This document shows positions 7,578 through 14,098 of a stretch of DNA of 25,168 nt, one piece after another; position 1 is the stretch's first letter; each line of letters begins with the position of its first letter. The notes under the pieces are model-generated. The model had not been told where the DNA came from. It saw only the letters and a program-made list of their open reading frames with translations, and made no database searches. Made by a program: the position numbers and the translations under genes. This stretch comes from a virus (taxonomy: Duplodnaviria; Caudoviricetes). The stretch covers positions 1 to 25,168 of the IMG/VR virus record IMGVR_UViG_3300025736_000182; one strand, written 5' to 3'.

Positions 7578-7781
7578 CTAAATCTCCTTCGGGGTGGGCT
7601 GAGACAAACCATACCCCATCAACTGTGCGATTTCTGCTTTCTGTGTGTGTGAGAGCTTGTGAGTCTTCCTAGAGTGGTATGAGGTGGAGGGGCGCGGCCA
7701 TGCTCCGTGAGTGGAGTGTTTAGGTGTGCGTGCTCTTCTGATAACCGAGATGTGATATCCTAGTATTGTGATCTGTCCCAT
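7578..7781 (-). CDS. Basic hypothetical protein, 67 aa; first gene after the tandem early promoters
   Basis: AAAGGAGAC RBS; abuts the next gene. Confidence 0.65.
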   Translation of the reverse strand: MGQITILGYHISVIRRARTPKHSTHGAWPRPSTSYHSRKTHKLSHTQKAEIAQLMGYGLSQPTPKEI

Positions 7782-7833
7782 AAGTCGTCTCCTTTCCTGT
7801 CTCTGTAAAAATTGGCTTTTTTTAAGTGCTCCT

Positions 7834-7862
7834 TATATAAAGGGCGTTCCCCTATTCATCAA
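7834..7862 (-). promoter_or_regulatory. Sigma70-like promoter copy (TTGATG-17-TATATA)
   Basis: Degenerate tandem duplicate of the promoter at 7867-7895 with the same spacer core TAGGGGAACGC. Confidence 0.45.
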
Positions 7863-7866
7863 GGCC

Positions 7867-7895
7867 ATTATAAAGGAGCGTTCCCCTAAATGCAA
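7867..7895 (-). promoter_or_regulatory. Sigma70 early promoter (TTGCAT-17-TATAAT)
   Basis: -35 at 7895-7890, -10 at 7872-7867, 17-nt spacer, upstream of the leftward operon. Confidence 0.8.
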
Positions 7896-7985
7896 GGAAA
7901 TAATGCGCAAGGGCTCAAAATAATTGCATAAAAAGAGCCATAATTCATAAGCTGAGCTTATAGGACACTAACAGACTTACAAAAC

Positions 7986-8008
7986 AACGATTCATTAATT
8001 GAACCATT
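7986..8008. promoter_or_regulatory. Palindromic operator-like site AACGATTCA-TTAAT-TGAACCATT
   Basis: One of five related copies (2451, 7986, 9619, 11885, 21639). Confidence 0.55.
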
Positions 8009-8019
8009 CTACTATAAGC

Positions 8020-8889
8020 CTAATATCTCACCTTATTCTTCTCCTTCATTTCCAGTCCAACATTCTGCTTAACTAGATTACAGTCAATAGACCCAAAGCT
8101 CCTAGTCTCCAATTCCCTACGTAACATGGCAAGCGTGGTGCCTCCTTCCTCATTCAAAGGCTTACACCCCTTAACTCCTTTATTTCTCCTTTTTAGTACA
8201 AACAACTTCATGGCCTTGAACAATCCCAATCTATCATGACCTACTGTCTGTCTATACTCATGACACATCCCACACTCCTTACAGGCCAAAAAACAGTTAT
8301 TCTCCTCGACTCCGCCTCTCTTGTCCTCCTTAAGCATCTTCCATGTATTGCCACGAACTCGCTCTCCGCATATCCTACAACGGCCATCGTCTCTTATCAA
8401 GATAAGCGCCTTGACTACCCAAGTCTTCCCACGCCGGGCTCTGGAAAGGTTTTGTGCATATAAGGAATAATGAGGCAACCACTCATAATTCTTATCAAAC
8501 CTACTCTTGAAGTCCTCCCGCACTCGCTGTGTGGGCTTGTGTACTCTCATATCTTTATTCTTCTTAGCCTGTGCAAACACTTGCTTACTAATCTCTGCGT
8601 CTGACATTCCTGCATACTTCTTTTCTGCTGAGTCTCCTACTAAATTCTCCATTGCAACTGGAATAGACTCCGCCTGACCAGTCACTCTCTTCATATACGC
8701 CGCTTGGTCAATCTTTGGTCTGAAATGCCCGTGAGAATCCCTTGCAGACAACCTACCCAAATCTATAACTCCTGGATTACCTGTGTCAATAAGTCTATCC
8801 CGATCTTCTTCTTCACCTTGAGCTGTCATCTTGTCCCAATCCATTGCTATCTTCTGTGTATCTACTCCCTGTGTATCTGTCTCAGTCAT
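8020..8889 (-). CDS. Protein with a degenerate HNH-like zinc-binding domain
   Basis: 'ILIRDDGRCRICG...GG..ENNCFLACKECG' follows the HNH/McrA pattern but has no catalytic His; own promoter and AGGAGG RBS. Confidence 0.65.
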   Translation of the reverse strand: MTETDTQGVDTQKIAMDWDKMTAQGEEEDRDRLIDTGNPGVIDLGRLSARDSHGHFRPKIDQAAYMKRVTGQAESIPVAMENLVGDSAEKKYAGMSDAEISKQVFAQAKKNKDMRVHKPTQRVREDFKSRFDKNYEWLPHYSLYAQNLSRARRGKTWVVKALILIRDDGRCRICGERVRGNTWKMLKEDKRGGVEENNCFLACKECGMCHEYRQTVGHDRLGLFKAMKLFVLKRRNKGVKGCKPLNEEGGTTLAMLRRELETRSFGSIDCNLVKQNVGLEMKEKNKVRY

Positions 8890-8951
8890 AATACCCTCCT
8901 GTTAGGTGTTTACTGGTAGACTATATTCCTGCTCCTTATTGCTTTAAAAGG

Positions 8952-8980
8952 ATTATATAACATATATAGGCTTAAAGCAA
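8952..8980 (-). promoter_or_regulatory. Sigma70 promoter (TTGCTT-17-TATAAT) for the HNH-like gene
   Basis: -35 at 8980-8975, -10 at 8957-8952; overlapped by the inverted repeat TTGCTTTAA (8939-8947) / TTAAAGCAA (8972-8980). Confidence 0.75.
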
Positions 8981-9212
8981 GCTATTTTTGGATATTATAT
9001 AAAGGGCTGATATTATTAGATAATATTAAAATATATAGGCTAAAATTGATAAATTGATTAAATAGCTGAAATCATTATATATAAAATAATGCTATATATT
9101 TCACTTATGGCTAAATACCCGCGCTGTGACCGGCTCCTAGCTACTTGCCCATGATATTATATAAATAGAGCGGAGGTAATATCTAATAATTCCGCTATGT
9201 TATATCATAATG

Positions 9213-9416
<204 letters not shown>

Positions 9417-9618
9417 TCATAGCATGTAAGCTATCGAAATCATTACCTAATAAATTGAACCAATTAAAGTAAAAACATGGGCAATCCGCGCATAGGCTAT
9501 CATAGCGCACACCTGCGCGCTGTGCAAAATGCGGTAAATGCCCTATAAATAGCCCATAATCCAATAATAGCCATGAGTGTGTACGCAAAGAAGTGCGCAC
9601 TAGCGCATACTTAATGCT

Positions 9619-9641
9619 AATGATTCACTTAATGAACCATT
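9619..9641. promoter_or_regulatory. Palindromic operator-like site AATGATTCA-CTTAA-TGAACCATT
   Basis: Most symmetric of the five copies (8 of 9 arm positions complementary). Confidence 0.55.
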
Positions 9642-9947
9642 ACCTCCTGTCTCTCCACACACTGTCCCCCTTGAGCCTTAACAAATGTGCCGAGTCCGTA
9701 CCTGTGGGACTGTCTTCTCTCCCCTTGCACGAGAGCCAAGACTGTGGTATCTATACACTCAAAAAGGACCAAAAGTGCCTATTCTCCCCATTCTGGCCTT
9801 TCCCAAAGGATTCTTGAAAAATAGCAGATTATGAAAAGAGTATATAATGAACGCGCGTAGCATAATCCATGCCATATTCTGCAATCTCCTGAAAATAAAT
9901 AAATATAAATAAAAATGAGGATTTTTAAAAAAATATGAAAATAAACC

Positions 9948-9976
9948 TTGACTTCTCTATTTGCCTGGATTATATT
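9948..9976 (+). promoter_or_regulatory. Sigma70 promoter (TTGACT-17-TATATT) with an A/T-rich UP-like region
   Basis: -35 at 9948-9953, -10 at 9971-9976; A-tracts at about 9892-9945. Confidence 0.75.
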
Positions 9977-10032
9977 GAATGCAAGCTTTCGGATTAGCCG
10001 GGAGCAAAAAAGCCAAGACAAGGAGACACACC

Positions 10033-10302
10033 ATGAACACACAGACAATAGACATCAAATGCCGAGTAGGCAAGATGGAAAAGACCATTTCCCGCAGCTA
10101 TGACGAACCAGAAGACTTCGCTGAGGGTATCGAAATGGACGGAGAGCAACGAGCTTTCAAGACCTACCTAAACAAACGAAAAACAAACTTCATGGATAAG
10201 GAGCGTTCCACCGAAGTAAAAAGAATGGAAAAGGAAATAACGAAAGCGCTGCAAGACCCAACCATCATTGCCAAGCTCGCCGAAATGGGAATTAACCTCT
10301 AG
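10033..10302 (+). CDS. Stand-alone charged hypothetical protein, 89 aa (start revised to MNTQTIDI)
   Basis: AAGGAGAC RBS at 10020-10027; has its own promoter and terminator. Confidence 0.8.
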   Translation: MNTQTIDIKCRVGKMEKTISRSYDEPEDFAEGIEMDGEQRAFKTYLNKRKTNFMDKERSTEVKRMEKEITKALQDPTIIAKLAEMGINL

Positions 10303-10334
10303 CAGACTAATAGTCATGAAGTAAACGCTCCATA

Positions 10335-10372
10335 AGAGCCCCTTTGCCCCTAGACAGGCATTGGGGCTTTTT
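10335..10372 (+). terminator. Rho-independent terminator
   Basis: AGCCCC-TT-TGCC...GGCA-TT-GGGGCT stem followed by a T run, ~35 nt after the stop. Confidence 0.7.
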
Positions 10373-10797
10373 CTGTCCTATCTTTTATTATTTCAATACC
10401 TTCCATTATCTAGGTTTACATAATGTATATTCCTTATGAGCTATATAGGATAGCCTGAACCTACCCAAAAAACCCTATCATTATTAATATCCTGAGACCC
10501 CATCAAATAGCCTAAAACATGCCCTTCCCTAGAAACTTCCTGATAGCTTGATAAATGATATGGCTTCGGATAACGCCAGCGCTGGTGGGCATCCTCATCT
10601 TGCCAGCGCTGCAAAAGCCGCAATTTAGGAGCTGCTGCCATTCCGTGAAGAGAAGAAAAAGCCCAGCGCCCATGCCAAGTCCCTAGACCCTGAGTCTATC
10701 TCATAGACTATAAGACTAGCGCACTCGAAATAAACCAACCCCGAAACCCGGATTTTGGAAAAATAGCCCCCCTGGGCGGGATCAGGCTTTTACGGGA

Positions 10798-10929
10798 ATT
10801 TTTGTGTGAAATTTTTGTGTATTTTTTGTGTCTTTACTGAGTGGAGAAATAGTCTTTACTGAGTAGGGTATGTACTCTATTATGTACTCTATTCAGTATG
10901 TACTGAGTAGGGTATGTACTCAATAGAGT
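10798..10929. repeat. Cluster of short direct and inverted repeats upstream of the terminase operon (candidate packaging/terminus region)
   Basis: ATTTTT(T)GTGT x3; GTCTTTACTGAGT x2 (10830, 10852); TACTGAGTAGGGTATGTACTC x2 (10857, 10901); TATGTACT x4. Confidence 0.75.
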
Positions 10930-11021
10930 CGGGACTCTTTTTCTTTCAGCACTACCTAGGTATTATACAAGGTATCTCTTATTATATGGTTGCTTTTGTG
11001 TGGTGGGTGTGTTATGTCTTA

Positions 11022-11053
11022 ATCAGGGTCGAGGTGGATCAGGGTCGAGGCGG
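11022..11053 (+). repeat. 16-bp tandem repeat ATCAGGGTCGAGG(T/C)GG x2
   Basis: Read directly at 11022-11037 and 11038-11053. Confidence 0.8.
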
Positions 11054-11129
11054 ATATTTTAAGAACTCATGCCACTGGGGGATTTTGGCAGATATGGAAA
11101 AAGGGAATGTTGGTAAGGAGGGAAGTCGA

Positions 11130-11354
11130 GTGAAAATTAATATAGTGTGTTCTTGCGGAAGCGAGTTTTCGTACTCAGGGGTTTTGGACAGTGCCTCTGA
11201 GGGGATAGTCGAGGGGATAGTGGAGAGGTGGTTGGGGAGTCATGAGGTGTGTGCTGAGTGTGCTATAGAGGAAGAGATAGATGAGGAATGTGAGGAGTGT
11301 GCGTTGCCGCATTTTTTATTCTCCTTCTGCACAGGCGCGCAGGTGCCGCGATGA
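11130..11354 (+). CDS. Small acidic Cys-rich putative Zn-binding protein, 74 aa (start revised to GTG, MKINIVCSCG)
   Basis: AAGGAGG before the GTG at 11130; CxC, HxxCxxC and CxxC motifs; stop overlaps the terS start (ATGA). Confidence 0.6.
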   Translation: MKINIVCSCGSEFSYSGVLDSASEGIVEGIVERWLGSHEVCAECAIEEEIDEECEECALPHFLFSFCTGAQVPR

Positions 11355-11878
11355 AGATAAGTCCGTTCCACATGGAGCTCGCGAAGAAAGTCGCGGATGG
11401 GAAGAAATACAAGGAGATCTCCCAGGAGATACAGATATCGCAGAGTAGACTGAGTGTGCTAAAGAGCAACCCGCTGTTTCAGAAATACGTCCGGAAGTAT
11501 CAGAATATGAAAGATGACGGGTATGCACAGGCCGCGAGGGTGCTGGACAAAGGCGCGCAGGATGCAGCGACTGAGGTCTTGCGGATGGCCACGAGTCTCA
11601 CCACAGAGCCCAGGATACGGCTAGATGCCGCGAAGGAGGTGCTGGACCGCGCCGGGATGGGCTCTGTGGGTAGTAGTAAGAAGAATGCACTCGGCGGTGA
11701 TGAGGTGTCGTTTGAGCAAATCCTCCGCATAACGAAGAAGAAGTCTGGCACAGCGCAGGAAGATGACAGAGAAGATGATTATGAGAGTGCCTTTGCAGAG
11801 CTTTCACAGGATACTATGATAGCTGAGCCACTAGAGAATGTGACTCCTGCGTCAGAGCCGCCGGATTTGGCAGCGTAG
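11351..11878 (+). CDS. terS: Probable terminase small subunit (start revised to MKISPFH)
   Basis: N-terminal HTH-like 'GKKYKEISQEIQISQSRLSVLK', helical 'IRLDAAKEVLDRAG' motif; directly upstream of terL. Confidence 0.7.
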   Translation: MKISPFHMELAKKVADGKKYKEISQEIQISQSRLSVLKSNPLFQKYVRKYQNMKDDGYAQAARVLDKGAQDAATEVLRMATSLTTEPRIRLDAAKEVLDRAGMGSVGSSKKNALGGDEVSFEQILRITKKKSGTAQEDDREDDYESAFAELSQDTMIAEPLENVTPASEPPDLAA

Positions 11879-11884
11879 CACTTT

Positions 11885-12000
11885 AATGATTCATTATTTG
11901 AACTCCTCGTGTGGATAACTAGCCCACGAGCGAAGCGAGGGGTGGGCCGGAAATCCACTCAAAAGAGCGCAGCGAGGGGGCTTGTCGGGGAGATAAGCTC
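11885..12000. promoter_or_regulatory. Structured terS-terL intergenic element: operator-like palindrome, DnaA box and hairpins
   Basis: AATGATTCA-N5-TGAAC at 11885; TGTGGATAA at 11910-11918; GAGCG(A/C)AGCGAGGGG x2; nested stems. Confidence 0.5.
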
Positions 12001-12022
12001 CACAAAAACAAGTGAGCCAGAA

Positions 12023-14017
12023 ATGAACTTAGGTAAGAATCTTACAGAACTACTCTCCAAGAGTGTAGACAGTGCTCAGCAGGCGCATATGAACAGGCCG
12101 CCGACGGCGGAGGAGCGTCTTGTGCATTCTGCTGAGTCTGCCTCTGCTGCCTCCACTGTCTCAGACTCCACTGTCTCAGACTCCAGTGCCGCCGCGATCT
12201 CCTACAAGCAGATCATGAAGAACACGTTGCCGCCGGTGCAGCACACCCAGCGCGAGCCATTTATACCGCACACTAATCTCATCGTGCCTTTGAGCCGGCT
12301 TGACTTGCAGCGGTGCGTGGATGACTATGAGTACTATGCCGCGAATCTGCTCAAGATCAAGACTATTGACTCCGAGCTCAAACCGTTGATATTTAACCAC
12401 CCTCAGCAGAAATTCTGGAAAGTGTTGACTGAGCTGAGACAGAAAGGGAAACTCGCTAGGATTATAGTCCTCAAAGCCCGCCGGGAGGGTATCTCGACCA
12501 TCTCAGAAGGGCTCATCTTCCACGCCGCACACATGAACGAGAACACCGAGGCAGTCATCATTGCACATGAGAAGGATTCCGGCAATAAGATCTTTAATAT
12601 GTGTAAACTCTTCTATGACTGCTTGCCGCCAAAATTGCGGCCTATGACTAAGTATGCCAGTAAGAAAGAACTCGTCTTTTCTAATCCTGACAAGCAGACC
12701 TCCGACCTTAATCCAGGTTTACGTAGCTCCGTAGAGGTAGTAACCGCAGGAAAGAAAGACGTTTCGCGAGGAGCTGGATATCACTTATTACATTGTAGTG
12801 AGGTATCGAGCTGGCCCTTCGCGACAGAGGTTGTCTCCTCCCTTGTGCCAACGATTCCAAAAACTTCTAAATCTCTTATAATTTACGAGTCAACGGCCAA
12901 GGGAATAGGCAACTTTTTCCACCGAGAGTGGGAGCGCGCAGAGAATGGTGACTCTAATTTCGTGCCATTCTTCTTGAGCTGGTTCGATATGCCCGACTAC
13001 ACGCATAATTTCTACTCCGCGCAGGAAAAGACCGTGTTTATGGAGAAGTTGAACGATGAAGAGCAGGAACTTATGGTTAATTTCCAGCTCACTCCTGAGC
13101 AACTCTACTGGAGGCGAGTCACTATAGCGGATCTGGAAGGAGATGTTGAACTATTCAGGCAAGAATTCCCCTCTACCGCAGAAGAAGCGTTTATAGTGTC
13201 AGGAGTGCCGGTATTCGACCGCAAGAAATTGAGAGTAATGGCCCAGAAAGCAAAAGAGCCTACTTTCCAGGGCGAAGTAGGCGCGAAAGGACTCCTGGCG
13301 AACGATCAGGGCTCTTTAAAAGTCTGGAATCACCCACAAACCGGGCAGGTGTACTCCTTGGGAGTAGACGTAGCAGATGGAGGTGAGGGTGGGGATTATT
13401 CCTGCATACAGGTGTGGAAAAAACTGCCAAACCCCTACACCGCCGAGCAATGTGCGGAGTGGCACGGCCATCTCGACCCTTATAACCTAGCACATGTGGC
13501 CTCCTCGCTGGGGAATTTCTACAATAACGCACTCATCGGAGTGGAGACCAATGCACATGGGCTTGCCACACTCAACGAATTGCAGAGATCTTACTGGAAT
13601 CTATACAGACAGGAGCATTTCGACCGGTATAAGAATGCAAGGGTTAATAAGCTTGGCTGGGAGACTACTAACAGGAGTAAGAAGTTACTTATCTCCTTTA
13701 TGACCCATTGTATCTCTGATCTCTCGATTATTGTACATTCAAATGCCTTGATACGGGAATGTATGACCTTCTTGCGCACTGCACAGGGGACCGCAGAAGC
13801 TCAGACCGGCGGACATGACGACAGAGTAATGAGTGCTATGATCGGCTTGTTCGTCCTGCACCAACAGCTCGATGATGCCGAGGATGATATAGTCGACACC
13901 ACCGGAGATAAGAAGATAATACAAATACCCAAGACACACATAATAGACCAAGAATTCGCTTCTATCCTGGAGTACGGTGTGCAGAATGTATATGAGCAGA
14001 GTTGGCTTAATTATTGA
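12023..14017 (+). CDS. terL: Terminase large subunit (start uncertain; the frame is open from 11909)
   Basis: Walker A 'IIVLKARREGIST', Walker B 'LLHCSEV', coupling motif 'YESTAKG', RNase H-fold 'LGVDVADG', 'GVETN', 'HDDRVM'. Confidence 0.93.
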   Translation: MNLGKNLTELLSKSVDSAQQAHMNRPPTAEERLVHSAESASAASTVSDSTVSDSSAAAISYKQIMKNTLPPVQHTQREPFIPHTNLIVPLSRLDLQRCVDDYEYYAANLLKIKTIDSELKPLIFNHPQQKFWKVLTELRQKGKLARIIVLKARREGISTISEGLIFHAAHMNENTEAVIIAHEKDSGNKIFNMCKLFYDCLPPKLRPMTKYASKKELVFSNPDKQTSDLNPGLRSSVEVVTAGKKDVSRGAGYHLLHCSEVSSWPFATEVVSSLVPTIPKTSKSLIIYESTAKGIGNFFHREWERAENGDSNFVPFFLSWFDMPDYTHNFYSAQEKTVFMEKLNDEEQELMVNFQLTPEQLYWRRVTIADLEGDVELFRQEFPSTAEEAFIVSGVPVFDRKKLRVMAQKAKEPTFQGEVGAKGLLANDQGSLKVWNHPQTGQVYSLGVDVADGGEGGDYSCIQVWKKLPNPYTAEQCAEWHGHLDPYNLAHVASSLGNFYNNALIGVETNAHGLATLNELQRSYWNLYRQEHFDRYKNARVNKLGWETTNRSKKLLISFMTHCISDLSIIVHSNALIRECMTFLRTAQGTAEAQTGGHDDRVMSAMIGLFVLHQQLDDAEDDIVDTTGDKKIIQIPKTHIIDQEFASILEYGVQNVYEQSWLNY

Positions 14018-14047
14018 GAAAGGCACAGAATGCGCAGCATTCCAAAT

Positions 14048-14083
14048 CTAGCAGAAAAGCTAGCAGAAAATCTAGCAGAAAAC
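14048..14083 (+). repeat. 12-bp tandem repeat CTAGCAGAAAAN x3
   Basis: Units at 14048, 14060 and 14072; lies within a possible 21-aa mini-ORF at 14030-14095. Confidence 0.85.
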
Positions 14084-14098
14084 AAAGAGGAATAAGAA

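Noticed and set aside
10798-10929. Possible mini CRISPR array or DGR repeat
   Set aside because: Repeats are nested and overlapping with no unique ~30-nt spacers; no cas or reverse transcriptase gene in the window
10914-11129. N-terminal 72 codons of track ORF 10914-11354
   Set aside because: They run through repeats with no RBS; the GTG at 11130 has a strong AAGGAGG
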